Counted from the first letter of the stretch, positions 39,878 through 52,688 are shown. The stretch: 64,000 nucleotides of DNA from an uncultured Gammaproteobacteria bacterium (GCA_963741495.1 CAVUID010000018.1:110542-174541), one strand, 5' to 3'. Made by a program: numbers and translations. The notes: a model not told the origin generated them from the sequence alone.

Positions 39878-42800
39878 ATGCCAAAACGTACCGACATAAA
39901 ATCCATCCTCATCATCGGCGCTGGCCCGATCGTCATCGGCCAGGCCTGTGAATTCGATTACTCCGGCGCCCAGGCGTGCAAGGCCCTGCGCGAGGAGGGT
40001 TACCGCGTCATTCTGGTGAACTCCAACCCTGCCACCATCATGACCGATCCGGGCATGGCAGATGCCACCTACATCGAGCCGATTACCTGGCAGGTGGTGG
40101 AAAAAATCATCGAGAAAGAGCGCCCTGACGTGCTGCTGCCGACCATGGGCGGTCAGACTGCGCTGAATTGCGCGCTGGATCTGGCCAAGCACGGTGTGCT
40201 GGAAAAGTACTCGGTAGAGATGATTGGTGCGACCCGCGAGGCGATCGACAAGGCAGAGGATCGGGAGAAATTCAAGAAGGCGATGGAGAAAATCGGCCTT
40301 GCCTGCCCGCGCGCCGCGATTGCCCACAGCCTGGAAGAAGCTTTCCAGGTGCAGGCCATGGTGGGCTATCCCACCATTATCCGCCCGTCCTTTACCATGG
40401 GCGGTTCCGGCGGCGGCATTGCCTACAACAAGGAAGAATTTGTCGCCATCTGCGAGCGTGGTCTGGAGGCGTCTCCTACCCGTGAGCTGCTGATCGAGGA
40501 ATCGGTGATCGGCTGGAAAGAATACGAAATGGAGGTGGTGCGGGACAAGAAGGACAACTGCATCATCATCTGCTCGATCGAGAACTTCGACGCCATGGGC
40601 GTGCACACCGGCGACTCCATCACTGTTGCGCCGGCCCAGACCCTGACCGACCGCGAATACCAGATCATGCGCAATGCCTCGCTGGCAGTGCTGCGCGAAA
40701 TCGGCGTGGAAACTGGCGGCTCCAACGTGCAGTTCGGCATCAACCCGAAAAATGGCCAGATGGTGGTGATCGAGATGAATCCGCGCGTGTCGCGTTCCTC
40801 GGCGCTGGCATCCAAGGCGACCGGATTCCCTATCGCCAAGGTGGCGGCCAAACTGGCAATCGGTTACACCTTGGACGAGTTGCAGAACGAAATTACTGGT
40901 GGTGCCACGCCAGCCTCGTTCGAGCCCAGCATCGATTACGTGGTGACCAAGATACCTCGTTTTGCCTTCGAAAAATTCCCCCAGGCCAATGATCGCCTGA
41001 CCACCCAGATGAAATCGGTGGGTGAGGTGATGGCGATGGGACGTACTTTCCAGGAGTCATTGCAGAAGGCCCTGCGCGGCCTTGAAACCGGCAATGACGG
41101 GCTGGATGAAAAGACCACGGATACCGACGTACTGGAAACCGAACTGGGCGAACCCGGCCCGGAACGTATCTGGTATATCGCAGATGCCATGCGCTGCGGC
41201 ATGACGCAGGAGCAGATTTACCAGCTGACCCATGTCGACCCCTGGTTCCTGGCACAAATGAAGGATCTGGTCGAGCAGGAACAGGCGCTCTCCGGGCGCA
41301 AGCTGGTCGATCTTTCCCGCGATGAGATGCGGCGCCTCAAGCGCAGCGGTTTCTCGGACCGTCGCCTTGGCAAACTGCTGGGCGTGACCCAACATGAAGT
41401 GCGCAGTGCCCGCCATGCGCTGAGCGTGCGCCCGGTATACAAGCGCGTGGATACCTGCGCTGCAGAATTTTCCACGCATACCGCTTACATGTATTCGAGT
41501 TACGAGGAAGAGTGCGAGTCCGTGCCCACGGGCAATAAAAAGATCATGGTGCTGGGCGGTGGTCCCAACCGGATCGGTCAGGGCATCGAATTCGACTACT
41601 GCTGCGTGCATGCGGCACTGGCGATGCGCGAAGATGGCTATGAGACCATCATGGTCAACTGCAATCCGGAAACCGTTTCCACCGACTATGACACTTCCGA
41701 TCGCCTGTATTTCGAGCCATTGACGCTGGAAGACGTGCTGGAAATCGTTCACGTCGAGAAGCCTTACGGCGTGATCGTGCAGTATGGCGGCCAGACACCG
41801 CTCAAGCTGGCGCGCGACCTGGAGGCCAACGGGGTGCCCATCATCGGCACCACGCCGGACATGATCGACGCCGCCGAGGATCGCGAACGTTTCCAGAAGC
41901 TGTTGCACGACCTCAAGCTCAAACAGCCGCCCAACCGCACGGCACGGGCGCCGGAGGCTGCCATCAAGGCAGCCGAAGAGATCGGCTACCCTCTGGTGGT
42001 GCGCCCTTCCTACGTGCTCGGTGGCCGTGCCATGGAGATCGTGCACCAGCAGTCCGATCTTGAGCGCTACATGCGCGAGGCGGTCAAGGTTTCCAACGAT
42101 TCTCCGGTGCTACTGGACCGTTTCCTCAATGATGCCACCGAAGTGGACGTGGATGCCATTTGCGACGGTACCGACGTGCTGATCGGCGGCATCATGGAGC
42201 ACATTGAGGAAGCCGGCGTGCATTCCGGCGATTCGGCATGTTCCCTGCCGCCCTACAGCCTGTCGCAGGAGATCCAGGATGAGCTGCGGCGCCAGACCGT
42301 CGCCATGGCCAAGGGCCTGAATGTGGTTGGGTTGATGAACGTCCAGTTCGCCATTCAGGGCCAGACGGTCTATGTGCTGGAAGTCAATCCACGTGCTTCG
42401 CGTACCGTGCCCTTCGTTTCCAAGGCCACAGGCGTGCCGCTGGCCAAAGTCGCTGCGCGCTGCATGGTCGGCCAGACTCTGAAGCAGCAGGGTGTGACGC
42501 GCGAAGTGATTCCGCCTTTCTACTCGGTGAAGGAAGCAGTATTCCCCTTCATCAAGTTTCCCGGTGTGGACCCGATTCTCGGTCCGGAAATGAAATCCAC
42601 CGGCGAAGTCATGGGCGTGGGCAATACCTTTGCGGAAGCCTTCCTGAAATCACAAATGGCCGCAAGTGTGAAGCTGCCCTCTGGTGGCAAGGCGCTGATC
42701 AGCGTCAAGGGTTCGGATAAGGAAAAGATGGTGGATATTGCCCGCAATCTGTCCGCTCTTGGCTTTGGTCTGTACGCCACGCGCGGAACGGCCGCGGCGA

Positions 42801-43081
42801 TTCAGGAGGCTGGCATCCCGGTGACTGCTGTCAACAAGGTACATGAAGGCCGTCCGCATATTGTCGATTTGATCAAGAACGGAGAAATCAGCCTGATCAT
42901 CAACACCGTGGAAGACAAGCGCGCTGTGCAGGATTCCTATGCCATCCGTCACGCCACTCTGCAGCAGCGGATTACCTACTACACGACCTTGTCCGGCGCG
43001 CGCGCAGCGTGCATCGGCATGCAACACATGAAGGAATTGCAGGTATATGGCCTGCAGGAGTTGCACCAGCGTCTAGGTTGA
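39878..43081 (+). CDS. carB: carbamoyl-phosphate synthase large subunit
   Basis: [30 protein letters not shown].... 1067 aa with duplicated ATP-grasp halves and an MGS-like C-terminus. Confidence 0.98.
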   Translation: MPKRTDIKSILIIGAGPIVIGQACEFDYSGAQACKALREEGYRVILVNSNPATIMTDPGMADATYIEPITWQVVEKIIEKERPDVLLPTMGGQTALNCALDLAKHGVLEKYSVEMIGATREAIDKAEDREKFKKAMEKIGLACPRAAIAHSLEEAFQVQAMVGYPTIIRPSFTMGGSGGGIAYNKEEFVAICERGLEASPTRELLIEESVIGWKEYEMEVVRDKKDNCIIICSIENFDAMGVHTGDSITVAPAQTLTDREYQIMRNASLAVLREIGVETGGSNVQFGINPKNGQMVVIEMNPRVSRSSALASKATGFPIAKVAAKLAIGYTLDELQNEITGGATPASFEPSIDYVVTKIPRFAFEKFPQANDRLTTQMKSVGEVMAMGRTFQESLQKALRGLETGNDGLDEKTTDTDVLETELGEPGPERIWYIADAMRCGMTQEQIYQLTHVDPWFLAQMKDLVEQEQALSGRKLVDLSRDEMRRLKRSGFSDRRLGKLLGVTQHEVRSARHALSVRPVYKRVDTCAAEFSTHTAYMYSSYEEECESVPTGNKKIMVLGGGPNRIGQGIEFDYCCVHAALAMREDGYETIMVNCNPETVSTDYDTSDRLYFEPLTLEDVLEIVHVEKPYGVIVQYGGQTPLKLARDLEANGVPIIGTTPDMIDAAEDRERFQKLLHDLKLKQPPNRTARAPEAAIKAAEEIGYPLVVRPSYVLGGRAMEIVHQQSDLERYMREAVKVSNDSPVLLDRFLNDATEVDVDAICDGTDVLIGGIMEHIEEAGVHSGDSACSLPPYSLSQEIQDELRRQTVAMAKGLNVVGLMNVQFAIQGQTVYVLEVNPRASRTVPFVSKATGVPLAKVAARCMVGQTLKQQGVTREVIPPFYSVKEAVFPFIKFPGVDPILGPEMKSTGEVMGVGNTFAEAFLKSQMAASVKLPSGGKALISVKGSDKEKMVDIARNLSALGFGLYATRGTAAAIQEAGIPVTAVNKVHEGRPHIVDLIKNGEISLIINTVEDKRAVQDSYAIRHATLQQRITYYTTLSGARAACIGMQHMKELQVYGLQELHQRLG

Positions 43082-43158
43082 GCTGGGTGCAAGCTTGAAT
43101 TGTGCGGATTGGGGCAACCCAATCCGCATTGTTATTTTATTTCAGGGAAATACAAGAG

Positions 43159-43635
43159 ATGAACAAAGTGCCATTGACGGTGTTCGGAGCTGAATTGCTG
43201 CGCGCCGAACTACAAAATCTGAAAAACGTCGAAAGGCCCAGTGTGATCGCAGCCATTGCCGAAGCCCGCTCCCACGGCGACCTGTCGGAGAATGCCGAAT
43301 ATGATGCAGCCAAGGAGCGCCAGAGCTTTGTCGAAGGGCGCATCGCCGAAGTCGAAGGCAAGCTCTCCAATGCCCAGATCATTGATCCAACATTGCTGGA
43401 TGCGGAAGGTCGCTGCGTATTTGGTGCGACAGTCGAACTGGAAGAACTGGAAAGCGGTGACAAGGCAATATATCAGATCGTGGGCGACGATGAGGCGGAT
43501 ATCAAGCAACGCAAGATATCAATCGGGTCACCCATTGCTCGCGCCCTGATCGGCAAGCAAGCCGGTGACGTGGCGGAAGTTCAGGCGCCGGGCGGTATTC
43601 GCGAATATGAAATTCTGGATGTAAAGTACATCTGA
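43159..43635 (+). CDS. greA: transcription elongation factor GreA
   Basis: [22 protein letters not shown]...[18 protein letters not shown]. Confidence 0.95.
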   Translation: MNKVPLTVFGAELLRAELQNLKNVERPSVIAAIAEARSHGDLSENAEYDAAKERQSFVEGRIAEVEGKLSNAQIIDPTLLDAEGRCVFGATVELEELESGDKAIYQIVGDDEADIKQRKISIGSPIARALIGKQAGDVAEVQAPGGIREYEILDVKYI

Positions 43636-44090
43636 TGAATCGGCTTGCTGACAAGCTGGCGCTGACTGCTATCACGCTGTGGGTGGGTGCCTTGTGGGCG
43701 ATTGGCTATCTGGCCGCGCCGGTGCTGTTTTCGGCCCTGGCCGACAGAACCATGGCGGGCATGCTGGCGGGGAAAATGTTTACCCTCGTCGCCTACGTCG
43801 GCATGGTGTGCGGGATTTTCCTGGTGATTCATCGTCTCGCCGCTTATGGCGGCGGGGCGCTGAAACAGGGATTTTTCTGGGCTGCACTGGTGATGCTGTT
43901 GTTGGCAATTGCCAGCCACTTCGGCATTCAGCCGATTCTTGAAGGTCTCAAGAGCCAGGCCTTGCCAAAGGAAGTCATGGAGAGCATGTTCCGCGACCGG
44001 TTTGCGCGCTGGCACGGCGTCTCCAGTATTGTGTACATGATCCAGAGCCTGCTTGGGCTGGTGCTGGTACTGGCGCCGCGCCGGAGCTAG
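43635..44090 (+). CDS. DUF4149-like four-TM membrane protein
   Basis: 151 aa, hydrophobic. Conserved position after greA in betaproteobacteria (from memory). Confidence 0.6.
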   Translation: MNRLADKLALTAITLWVGALWAIGYLAAPVLFSALADRTMAGMLAGKMFTLVAYVGMVCGIFLVIHRLAAYGGGALKQGFFWAALVMLLLAIASHFGIQPILEGLKSQALPKEVMESMFRDRFARWHGVSSIVYMIQSLLGLVLVLAPRRS

Positions 44091-44386
44091 TTTTTCGGCA
44101 GGGCCAGTTTCGGCTTTTTGGCGGCTTTGTAGATGACCAGTGTTTTGCCGATATGCTGTGCTGGTGCGGCTTCCAGCGCGTTGCAGATTTCTGCCAGCAT
44201 TTTTTCGCGCTGTGCGTGGTCGCCGCCGGCAACCTTGATTTTAATCAGTTCATGGCTGTTCAGGCTGCGCTCGATTTCCTTCATCACCGCTTCGGTCAAC
44301 CCGGCATCGCCGATCAGAACCACGGGATTAAGCGAGTGAGCCTGAGCGCGCAGAAAACGGCGCTGACCGGGAGTTAGGTTCAACAT
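44087..44386 (-). CDS. yhbY: ribosome-assembly RNA-binding protein YhbY (CRM domain)
   Basis: [52 protein letters not shown]. Confidence 0.85.
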   Translation of the reverse strand: MLNLTPGQRRFLRAQAHSLNPVVLIGDAGLTEAVMKEIERSLNSHELIKIKVAGGDHAQREKMLAEICNALEAAPAQHIGKTLVIYKAAKKPKLALPKN

Positions 44387-44422
44387 GCTTTTAATGTTCC
44401 AAAAAATGCGACAGTTTACCCT

Positions 44423-45052
44423 ATGAAACGAAGCCGAACCAGCAAGGCCTGGATGCGCGAGCATGTCAATGATCCCTATGTACTGCAGGCAGTCAAGGAA
44501 GGATACCGATCACGCGCCGTATACAAGCTGATGGAGATTGATGAACGCGACCATCTGCTCAGGCCTGGCATGTCCGTGGTTGATCTTGGGGCTGCGCCTG
44601 GTGGATGGACCCAGGTGGCGGCAAAGAAAATCGGTACATCTGGCGTGCTGGTTGCGTTCGATATCCTGCCCATGGATCCCGTACACGGGGCGCTTTTCAT
44701 TCAGGGGGATTTTCGTGAGGATGCCGCACTGACCCAGCTCGACGATGCCTTGCGGGGAAGACCGGTAGATCTTGTGATTTCCGACATGGCCCCCAATATC
44801 AGTGGTGTCGGGATCGTGGATCAGGCGCGTAGCATGCACCTAGCGGAACTGGCGCTTGAATTTTCGCGCCAGCACCTGAAACCAGGGGCCAATTTTCTGG
44901 TCAAAGTTTTTCAGGGTGAAGGTTTTGAGGATTTTGTACGCGAAATGCGCACCTGTTTTTCCCAGGTTCTGGTGCGCAAACCCAAGGCATCCAGAGGCCG
45001 TAGTACTGAGGTCTACATGCTGGGCAAGGGCTTGCGCGAGACCGGGAAATAA
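44423..45052 (+). CDS. rlmE: 23S rRNA (U2552-2'-O)-methyltransferase RlmE/FtsJ
   Basis: [14 protein letters not shown]...[12 protein letters not shown]...[11 protein letters not shown]...SDMAPN. Confidence 0.95.
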   Translation: MKRSRTSKAWMREHVNDPYVLQAVKEGYRSRAVYKLMEIDERDHLLRPGMSVVDLGAAPGGWTQVAAKKIGTSGVLVAFDILPMDPVHGALFIQGDFREDAALTQLDDALRGRPVDLVISDMAPNISGVGIVDQARSMHLAELALEFSRQHLKPGANFLVKVFQGEGFEDFVREMRTCFSQVLVRKPKASRGRSTEVYMLGKGLRETGK

Positions 45053-45118
45053 ATCTTACCGGCATTCAGGCAAAGCGTTTAAAATTAAACGAAATGATGC
45101 ATTTTCCAAGGAAATAGC

Positions 45119-47014
45119 TTGAACAATCTGATGAAAAATATAGCCATCTGGCTGGTAATCGCCTTGGTGTTGATGACTGTGTTCAACCAGTTCGGTGCGA
45201 GGCAGGCAACGCAGAACCAGATCGAGTATTCCCAGTTTATCGATGAAGTGAAAAGCGGGAAAATCGCCAAGGTGACGATAGAAGGGCATGTTCTTAAAAG
45301 TGTGACCAGTGATGGCAAACGCTTCACAACCTATGCGCCTTCCGATCCCTGGCTGGTTTCCGACATGCTCAAGAGCGGTGTCGTGGTGGAGGCCAAGCCA
45401 GAGGAAGAATCATCCTTCCTGATGAACATTTTCATTTCCTGGTTCCCTATGCTGCTGTTGATCGGGGTGTGGGTGTTTTTCATGCGCCAGATGCAGGGCG
45501 GCGGCAAGGGTGGTGCTTTTTCCTTCGGCAAGAGCAAGGCTCGCCTGCTGGATGAGGCAACCAATACCGTGACTTTTGCTGATGTGGCGGGTTGCGATGA
45601 GGCCAAGGAAGAAGTTTCCGAACTGGTCGAATTCCTGCGCGACCCGAGCAAGTTCCAGAAATTGGGCGGCAGGATTCCGCGCGGTGTTCTGATGGTGGGT
45701 AATCCCGGCACGGGTAAAACGCTGCTGGCGAAGGCGATTGCCGGCGAGGCAAAAGTACCCTTCTTCAGCATTTCCGGTTCCGATTTTGTCGAAATGTTTG
45801 TGGGCGTTGGCGCAGCACGTGTACGCGACATGTTCGAACAGGCCAAGAAAAATTCTCCCTGCATTATCTTTATTGATGAAATCGATGCTGTTGGCCGCCA
45901 GCGCGGTGCTGGCCTGGGTGGCGGTAACGATGAGCGCGAACAGACACTGAACCAGTTGCTGGTGGAAATGGATGGCTTCGAAGGCACTTCGGGTGTCATC
46001 GTGGTTGCTGCGACTAACCGCCCTGATGTGCTGGATCCCGCGTTGCTGCGGCCAGGCCGCTTTGACCGTCAGGTCGTGGTGCCTTTGCCCGATATTCGTG
46101 GCCGCGAACAGATTCTTATGGTGCATATGCGCAAGGTGCCGATTGCTCCCGATGTGAAGGCTGATATCCTGGCTCGCGGCACACCCGGCATGTCCGGCGC
46201 GGATCTGGCTAACCTGGTGAACGAAGCGGCCCTGTTTGCCGCACGTTTCAACAAGCGCCTGGTGGACATGGATGACTTCGAAAAGGCCAAGGACAAGATC
46301 ATCATGGGCGCCGAACGTCGCTCCATCGTGATGCCCGAGGAAGAGCGCAAAAATACCGCTTATCACGAGTCTGGCCATGCAGTGGTGGCGCGCCTGCTGC
46401 CCAAGACTGATCCTGTGCATAAAGTCACCATCATCCCTCGCGGACGTGCCTTGGGCGTGACCATGCAATTGCCGGTTGAAGATCGTTATAGCCTGAATAG
46501 TGAAGGCATCCTGCAGAACATCGCTGTACTGTTTGGCGGACGCATTGCCGAAGAAGTGTTCATGGGGCAGATGACCACCGGCGCCAGCAACGACTTTGAG
46601 CGTGCCACAGAAATGGCGCGGCGCATGGTGACCCAGTGGGGCATGAGCGATGCCTTGGGGCCGATGGTCTATGGCGAGAATGAAGGCGAAGTTTTCCTTG
46701 GCCGTTCAGTGACGACGCACAAGAATGTCTCCGAAGCCACCATGCAGCAGGTGGACAAGGAAATCCGCCGCATCATCGATCAACAGTACGCCCTGGCGCG
46801 CAAGCTGATCGAGGACAACCGCGACAAGATCGAGGCGATGACAAAAGCCCTGCTGGAATGGGAAACCATTGATGCCGAGCAGATCAGTGACATTATGGAA
46901 GGCAAGCCACCACGCCCGCCCAAGCCAAGTCAGGGCAGCGCACCCAAGCCACCCCAGGACAATACGCCCAGCGCACCGGCAACCAGCACCCATACCCCGG
47001 CACAGGAAGCATGA
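45119..47014 (+). CDS. ftsH: ATP-dependent zinc metalloprotease FtsH
   Basis: Two TM segments, Walker [12 protein letters not shown], second region of homology, and HESGHA zinc motif. The start is TTG 45119 or ATG 45131. Confidence 0.97.
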   Translation: MNNLMKNIAIWLVIALVLMTVFNQFGARQATQNQIEYSQFIDEVKSGKIAKVTIEGHVLKSVTSDGKRFTTYAPSDPWLVSDMLKSGVVVEAKPEEESSFLMNIFISWFPMLLLIGVWVFFMRQMQGGGKGGAFSFGKSKARLLDEATNTVTFADVAGCDEAKEEVSELVEFLRDPSKFQKLGGRIPRGVLMVGNPGTGKTLLAKAIAGEAKVPFFSISGSDFVEMFVGVGAARVRDMFEQAKKNSPCIIFIDEIDAVGRQRGAGLGGGNDEREQTLNQLLVEMDGFEGTSGVIVVAATNRPDVLDPALLRPGRFDRQVVVPLPDIRGREQILMVHMRKVPIAPDVKADILARGTPGMSGADLANLVNEAALFAARFNKRLVDMDDFEKAKDKIIMGAERRSIVMPEEERKNTAYHESGHAVVARLLPKTDPVHKVTIIPRGRALGVTMQLPVEDRYSLNSEGILQNIAVLFGGRIAEEVFMGQMTTGASNDFERATEMARRMVTQWGMSDALGPMVYGENEGEVFLGRSVTTHKNVSEATMQQVDKEIRRIIDQQYALARKLIEDNRDKIEAMTKALLEWETIDAEQISDIMEGKPPRPPKPSQGSAPKPPQDNTPSAPATSTHTPAQEA

Positions 47015-47020
47015 TGATGA

Positions 47021-47112
47021 GTGAAGGGTGAAGCCACTCGGCATTGCCTCGTTGTGAAAAGTGAAAGGTAAAAGACATCTTCACTCTTCACCCTTCACTC
47101 TTCACCCTTCAC
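47021..47112. repeat. heptamer-array palindromic element in the ftsH|folP spacer
   Basis: gtgaagg gtgaagc cactcg...gtgaaaa gtgaaag gtaaaag acatc ttcactc ttcaccc ttcactc ttcaccc ttcac. It ends 4 nt before the folP ATG. Confidence 0.9.
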
Positions 47113-47116
47113 GAAC

Positions 47117-47935
47117 ATGTTTCATTGCGGTCGCTTTACCCTCTCCCTGGATCGCCCTCTCGTCATGGGCATCGTCAATATCACGCCCGACTCCTTTTCG
47201 GACGGTGGTCGTTTTTATTCCCCGGAATTCGCTATCGAACATGCCAGGCAACTCATCGAACATGGGGCCGACCTGCTGGATATTGGTGGTGAATCGACCC
47301 GCCCTGGCGCGCAGCCGGTTGGTATAGAGGAAGAGCTGGAGCGCATCTTGCCTGTGCTCGATGCTTTAGGCGATTGCGGTGTGCCGCTTTCGGTGGATAC
47401 ATTAAAACCCGAAGTCATGCATGCGGCGATTCAGGCCGGTGCCGACATGATCAATGATGTAAATGCATTGCGCGCCGAGGGCGCCCTGAAGGTGGTGGCG
47501 GATTCCAGCGTCGCCGTTTGCCTGATGCACATGCAGGGCGAACCGCGCATGATGCAGCAGAGTCCCCGGTATCAGGATGTAGTCGCTGAAGTGAAAGCCT
47601 TTCTGAATGAACGCATCGCAGTGGCGGGGCGGGCCGGAATTCAGCGTAACCGCATAGTGATTGATCCCGGTTTCGGTTTTGGCAAGACGCTGGAGCATAA
47701 TCTATCCCTGCTTCGGCAGCTGGATGCTTTCACCGACCTTGGTGTGCCGCTGCTGGCCGGTCTGTCGCGCAAATCGATGCTGGGCGTATTGACCGGTTTG
47801 CCGGTAGAAGAAAGAATGGTGCCCAGTGTTGCCGCAGCCGTGATTGCGGCCATGAAGGGTGCAAAAATTTTGCGGGTGCATGATGTGAAAGAAACCAGAC
47901 AAGCACTGCAGATCGTCAGTGCATTGGGAGAGTGA
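47117..47935 (+). CDS. folP: dihydropteroate synthase
   Basis: [15 protein letters not shown]...[11 protein letters not shown]...NDV...GFGFGKT. Confidence 0.95.
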   Translation: MFHCGRFTLSLDRPLVMGIVNITPDSFSDGGRFYSPEFAIEHARQLIEHGADLLDIGGESTRPGAQPVGIEEELERILPVLDALGDCGVPLSVDTLKPEVMHAAIQAGADMINDVNALRAEGALKVVADSSVAVCLMHMQGEPRMMQQSPRYQDVVAEVKAFLNERIAVAGRAGIQRNRIVIDPGFGFGKTLEHNLSLLRQLDAFTDLGVPLLAGLSRKSMLGVLTGLPVEERMVPSVAAAVIAAMKGAKILRVHDVKETRQALQIVSALGE

Positions 47936-47936
47936 A

Positions 47937-49286
47937 ATGAGCAGGAAATATTTCGGTACGGACGGGATACGCGGCAAGGTGGGTGAGGCGCCCATCACAC
48001 CCGATTTCGTCATGCGTCTGGGCTATGCGGCAGGGCGTGTTCTGGCGCAGGCAGGGCAGGGGGAGCGCACCAGCGTACTGATCGGCAAGGACACGCGTAT
48101 TTCCGGCTACATGCTGGAGTCGGCGCTGGAAGCGGGTCTGTCTGCCGCCGGTGTGGATGTGCTGCTTCTTGGACCCATGCCGACACCTGGCGTGGCGTAT
48201 CTTACCCGCGCCCTGCGCGCGCAGGCGGGGGTCGTTATTTCGGCATCGCATAATCCGTTTGAAGATAACGGCATCAAGTTTTTCTCTGCCAGCGGCAACA
48301 AGCTGTCGGATGCAATCGAACTGGCTATCGAGGCCGAACTTGATCAACCCATGCGTACCATGCCTTCGGCCCAATTGGGCAAGGTCAAGCGGATAAACGA
48401 CGCCGCTGGGCGCTACATCGAGTTCTGCAAGAGCTCCTTCCCCAATGAACTCGATTTGCGTGGAATGAAAATCGTGGTGGATTGCGCCCATGGCGCAACT
48501 TACCATGTCGCGCCGCCGGTTTTTCATGAGCTGGGCGCAGAAGTGATCGCCGTGGGAAATCAGCCGGATGGCCTGAATATCAATCAGGATTGCGGCTCGA
48601 CCAAGCCCGATGCGCTGCGGGCCGCGGTGTTGGAACATGGTGCTGATATCGGCATTGCACTGGATGGTGATGGCGACCGGGTCATGATGGCTGACCGTTC
48701 CGGGAAACTGTTCGACGGCGATCAGCTGGTGTATGCCATTGCAAAATTTCGCCAGGAGCAGGGTTTTCTCAAAGGCGGGGTGGTCGGAACATTGATGACC
48801 AATCTGGCCATGGAGCACGCTCTGGCAAAACTGGGCATTTCCTTTGCACGTGCCAAAGTGGGCGATCGCTATGTGCTGGAGCTTATGCAGGAGCGGGGCT
48901 GGTTTCTGGGCGGCGAGAATTCCGGGCACATCCTGTGTCTCGACCGTCATACCACCGGGGATGGCATCATTTCAGCCTTGCAGGTTCTGGAAGCGCTTAA
49001 ACTGAGCGGCAAGAGCCTCTCCGATTTCACCCAGGAACTGGTGCTTTACCCACAGATTCTGATCAATGTGCGGGTCGAAAAGGGCTTCGATTTCAAATCC
49101 AGCGCGTTGCTTCAGCAAATGCTGGCGCAGGCCGAGCAAGCCCTGGATGGAGAAGGGCGGGTGCTGTTGCGGCCATCCGGCACCGAACCCCTGTTGCGGG
49201 TGATGGTGGAAGGCAAGGATGAGGCGAAAGTGCGCCACTGGGCGGAAGCGCTGGCTGCCAAGGTGCGAGAGGCGGCGGCCTGTTAG
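47937..49286 (+). CDS. glmM: phosphoglucosamine mutase
   Basis: [13 protein letters not shown]...[14 protein letters not shown]...DGDGDR. Confidence 0.95.
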   Translation: MSRKYFGTDGIRGKVGEAPITPDFVMRLGYAAGRVLAQAGQGERTSVLIGKDTRISGYMLESALEAGLSAAGVDVLLLGPMPTPGVAYLTRALRAQAGVVISASHNPFEDNGIKFFSASGNKLSDAIELAIEAELDQPMRTMPSAQLGKVKRINDAAGRYIEFCKSSFPNELDLRGMKIVVDCAHGATYHVAPPVFHELGAEVIAVGNQPDGLNINQDCGSTKPDALRAAVLEHGADIGIALDGDGDRVMMADRSGKLFDGDQLVYAIAKFRQEQGFLKGGVVGTLMTNLAMEHALAKLGISFARAKVGDRYVLELMQERGWFLGGENSGHILCLDRHTTGDGIISALQVLEALKLSGKSLSDFTQELVLYPQILINVRVEKGFDFKSSALLQQMLAQAEQALDGEGRVLLRPSGTEPLLRVMVEGKDEAKVRHWAEALAAKVREAAAC

Positions 49287-50914
49287 GATTGGAATTGAGC
49301 CACGCTGGTTTCGAAGTTGAGTGCAAGCGCCTTTAGCTTGTGAACAGCGCTGGAAAGACCGCTGATCGAGCGTGAATTGTCTTCTGCCATGCGTGAAATT
49401 CTTTCTACATTGCGGGCTATTTCCCGGCTTGAGCCTTGTTGTTCCTCTGTTGCGCTGGCAATTTCACCAATGCTTTGCGCGGTGCGTTTCGCCCCGGCAT
49501 CAATCTCGCTTAGAGAATTTGTCGCCTGATGGGCTAGCGCCACCCCCTCTCCCACTCTGCCGCGGCTGTTTTCCATTACCGCCATGGAATCTCTGGTGTT
49601 GGACTGAATCGTGTTGATCATCCGGTTGATCTCGGCTGTTGCCTTGCCTGTACTTTCTGCCAGCTGCCGGATTTCATCGGCTACAACTGCAAATCCACGA
49701 CCCTGCTCCCCTGCCCTGGCAGCCTCGATGGCAGCATTAAGCGCTAGCAGGTTAGTGCGGTCGGAGATGGCCTTGATGACCTCCGTAATCTTGCTGATTT
49801 CGCCAGAGCGTTGCTGAAGCGTATTGATCATCTGGGCCGATTCTGTCACCGCAGCTGAAATTTCGGACATTTCTGCTGCCGCCAGTGAAACCACGCTCTT
49901 GCCCTGCTCGCACAGATTGCTACCGATGTGCGAGATGGACAGCGATTCGCGTGCGTTTTGCGTCACCTGCTCGATGCTGACGGCAATCTGTTGGACGGCG
50001 GTAGCGGTTTCGGTCGCTGCCAGCGATTGCGCATGCGAGCTGGCTTCAATTTGAAGCATGGTGTCGGCCAGCAGTTTGGCCTCACCCGTTACGGTTTTGG
50101 CGGCCTCGCTCATGCTGGATACCATTCTGCGCAGGCTTTGCAGCGTGCTTTCCAGATGGCGGGCCATTTCGCCAAATTCATTGTGGTGATTGTATTCGAC
50201 GCGGCTTTGCAGATCGCCCGAAGCTATTCGTGCCAGCGCCTGCAGAAGATATTTCGATCCCTGATCCATGCTGCGAACCATCAAGGCGGTCATGGTAGTG
50301 GATGCAATTGCAATTAAAGCACCTGCAATCAGGGTAATCAGCACCAGCAGGCGCATTTTCTCAGCAGACGCGACACTGGCTTCATGTTCCGCCCTGATTC
50401 TGTCATTTTGCAGTTGGACCAGTTGTTTAAGCGGATTCAGCACTCTTTCCTCGATTGGGGGCCAGTCCTCATCAAGGATGGAGCGTGCCATCATTTTGTC
50501 ATGCGAGACATAGGCTGTTTCAAGCAACTGATAAAACGGCTCCAGGGTTTTGAGTTGAGCTTCGATAGTGGCTATCTGGCTCTGCTCCTCTTTGCTCAAA
50601 CGGGCTTGTTTAGCCTTTCTGAAAGCCTGCCATAGCGATGGCAAATTCGCTTTGACTTCGGCGAGCTGGGTGCTGGCCTGCTCGAACGTTACCTTGTCAA
50701 ACATTACGGCGGCCATGTTGAAACGGGTTTCCTTGAGCTTTCGGTCGATTTCCAGCAAAGAGGCAGAAGGGACGACGGATTCCTCGTATACGGCCTGCAT
50801 GGCTGCGGCGCTGTTGCGCAATACAAGCAGGTTTTCGGCCGCCAGAATGCAAAGCATGACGGCTGTCAGCAGTGCGCCGGCAAACAGGCTGGATTTGATA
50901 CCGGGTTTTTTCAT
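49283..50914 (-). CDS. methyl-accepting chemotaxis protein (4HB-type periplasmic domain, HAMP, MA domain)
   Basis: Two TM segments flank a ~170-aa helical sensor. HAMP domain present. Highly conserved hairpin tip [35 protein letters not shown]. Confidence 0.9.
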   Translation of the reverse strand: MKKPGIKSSLFAGALLTAVMLCILAAENLLVLRNSAAAMQAVYEESVVPSASLLEIDRKLKETRFNMAAVMFDKVTFEQASTQLAEVKANLPSLWQAFRKAKQARLSKEEQSQIATIEAQLKTLEPFYQLLETAYVSHDKMMARSILDEDWPPIEERVLNPLKQLVQLQNDRIRAEHEASVASAEKMRLLVLITLIAGALIAIASTTMTALMVRSMDQGSKYLLQALARIASGDLQSRVEYNHHNEFGEMARHLESTLQSLRRMVSSMSEAAKTVTGEAKLLADTMLQIEASSHAQSLAATETATAVQQIAVSIEQVTQNARESLSISHIGSNLCEQGKSVVSLAAAEMSEISAAVTESAQMINTLQQRSGEISKITEVIKAISDRTNLLALNAAIEAARAGEQGRGFAVVADEIRQLAESTGKATAEINRMINTIQSNTRDSMAVMENSRGRVGEGVALAHQATNSLSEIDAGAKRTAQSIGEIASATEEQQGSSREIARNVERISRMAEDNSRSISGLSSAVHKLKALALNFETSVAQFQS

Positions 50915-50918
50915 ATCG

Positions 50919-50981
50919 GGTTCAAGTCGGTTACAGAAAGATGACCGATTGTGACAGCGAGATATGACACATTTATGTCAG
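50919..50981 (-). promoter_or_regulatory. tandem Pho-box-like 7-4-7 repeats upstream of the chemoreceptor gene
   Basis: The minus strand reads CTGACAT-aaat-GTGTCAT ... CTGTCAC-aatc-GGTCATC ... CTGTAAC-cgac-TTGAACC. The E. coli Pho box is CTGTCAT-A(A/T)A(A/T)-CTGTCA(C/T). Confidence 0.4.
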
Positions 50982-50988
50982 TGCAAAT

Positions 50989-51020
50989 GAAAACGCCCGC
51001 CCCTGTAAAGGATGCGGGCG
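50989..51020 (-). terminator. rho-independent terminator after pstB
   Basis: On the minus strand: cgcccgc-atcctttacaggg-gcgggcg followed by TTTTCATTT. Confidence 0.6.
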
Positions 51021-51045
51021 GTAACAATTAGTAAAGACTGATGTT

Positions 51046-51819
51046 CTAGCCAAATTTGCCGGTAATGTAATCTTCCGTCGCTTTCTGCTTGGGGGTGGTG
51101 AAGATGGTATCGGTATCGCCGAACTCGATCAGTTCGCCCAGATACATATAGGCGGTGTAATCGGATACGCGTGCGGCTTGCTGCATATTGTGGGTCACGA
51201 TCACGATGGTGTAGTCTTCCTTGAGTTCGAAGATCAGCTCTTCGATGCGCGCGGTGGAGATCGGATCGAGTGCCGATGCAGGTTCGTCGAGCAGCACCAC
51301 TTCCGGTTTGACCGCAATGCCGCGAGCGATGCACAGGCGCTGCTGCTGGCCACCGGAGAGACTGGTCCCGCTCTGGCCCAGCTTGTCCTTGACTTCGTCC
51401 CACAGCGCCGCCTTGCGCAGTGCCCACTCAACACGCTCCGCCAGATCGCGGCGGCTCAGGCTTTCATACAGCTTGACCCCGAAGGCCACGTTGTCAAAAA
51501 TAGACATCGGGAATGGGGTCGGCTTCTGGAATACCATGCCCATTTTTGCGCGCAGGATGTTGAGATCCTGTTTGGCATCAAGAATATTCTTTCCGTCGAG
51601 CAGAATTTCGCCCTTGGCCTCCTGGCCCGGGTAAAGTTGATACATGCGGTTGAATACACGTAGCAGGGTCGATTTTCCGCAGCCGGAAGGCCCGATGAAG
51701 GCGGTCACTTTCTTTTCCGGGATGTCCAGGTTGATGTTTTTCAGGGCCTGGAACTTGCCATAGAAGAAATTCAGGTCACGCACGGTGACTTTTGGCGGTG
51801 TAACGTGAGAGTGGGGCAT
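51046..51819 (-). CDS. pstB: phosphate ABC transporter ATP-binding protein PstB
   Basis: [29 protein letters not shown]. 257 aa. Confidence 0.97.
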   Translation of the reverse strand: MPHSHVTPPKVTVRDLNFFYGKFQALKNINLDIPEKKVTAFIGPSGCGKSTLLRVFNRMYQLYPGQEAKGEILLDGKNILDAKQDLNILRAKMGMVFQKPTPFPMSIFDNVAFGVKLYESLSRRDLAERVEWALRKAALWDEVKDKLGQSGTSLSGGQQQRLCIARGIAVKPEVVLLDEPASALDPISTARIEELIFELKEDYTIVIVTHNMQQAARVSDYTAYMYLGELIEFGDTDTIFTTPKQKATEDYITGKFG

Positions 51820-51833
51820 GCTTATCCCGGGTT

Positions 51834-52679
51834 CTAGTTAAACGATGATTTTTTGCGGAACATGACGCGAGCCACGATGTTCAGGCCCAGCACCCCGACG
51901 GTAATCAGGAGCGCGCCGGCCCAGGCAAGCTTTTGCCAGTCTTCATAGGGGCTCATGGCAAACTGGAAAATGACCACCGGCAGGTTGGCCATTGGTTTGT
52001 TCATGTCGGTGCTCCAGAACTGATTGTTGAGCGCCGTGAAAAGCAGCGGGGCGGTTTCGCCACTGATGCGTGCCACTGCCAGCAATACGCCGGTAACCAT
52101 GCCGGCTTTGGAAGCGCGCCAGGTAACCAGGGTGACCACTTTCCACTGCGGTGCGCCGAGCGCGGCTGCCGCTTCGCGCAACCCGTTGGGTACCAGGCGC
52201 AGCATGTCCTCGGTGGTGCGCACTACCACCGGAATGACGATCAGGGATAGCGCCAGCGCGCCGGCCCAGCCGGAAAAATTGCCGACCTTGGCAACATAGA
52301 CGGTGTAGATGAAGAGACCGATCACGATGGACGGTGCAGACAGGAGAATATCGTTGATAAAGCGGGTGGTCGGTGCGAGCCAGCCGCGCTGGCCGAATTC
52401 TGCCAGATAGGTGCCGGCCATGATGCCTATCGGTGTGCCGATCAGGGTGGCGAGCGTGGCCATTACAACGCTGCCGGCGATGGCATTGAGCAACCCGCCG
52501 GCACTGCCGGGCGGTGGCGTCATCTGGGTGAAAAGCGCGATGCTGATGCCGCCCAGGCCTTTTTGCAACAGGGTGAAAAGAATCCAGCTCAGCCAGAACA
52601 GGCCGAATGCCATGGCAAGCATGGAAGCGGCCAGGTTGAAGGCATTGATGATACGGCGTCGTGTGTAGATGGAAATCAT
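51834..52679 (-). CDS. pstA: phosphate ABC transporter permease PstA
   Basis: Six-TM permease with the EAA-loop region [12 protein letters not shown]. Confidence 0.93.
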   Translation of the reverse strand: MISIYTRRRIINAFNLAASMLAMAFGLFWLSWILFTLLQKGLGGISIALFTQMTPPPGSAGGLLNAIAGSVVMATLATLIGTPIGIMAGTYLAEFGQRGWLAPTTRFINDILLSAPSIVIGLFIYTVYVAKVGNFSGWAGALALSLIVIPVVVRTTEDMLRLVPNGLREAAAALGAPQWKVVTLVTWRASKAGMVTGVLLAVARISGETAPLLFTALNNQFWSTDMNKPMANLPVVIFQFAMSPYEDWQKLAWAGALLITVGVLGLNIVARVMFRKKSSFN

Positions 52680-52688
52680 GGGTTGTCT

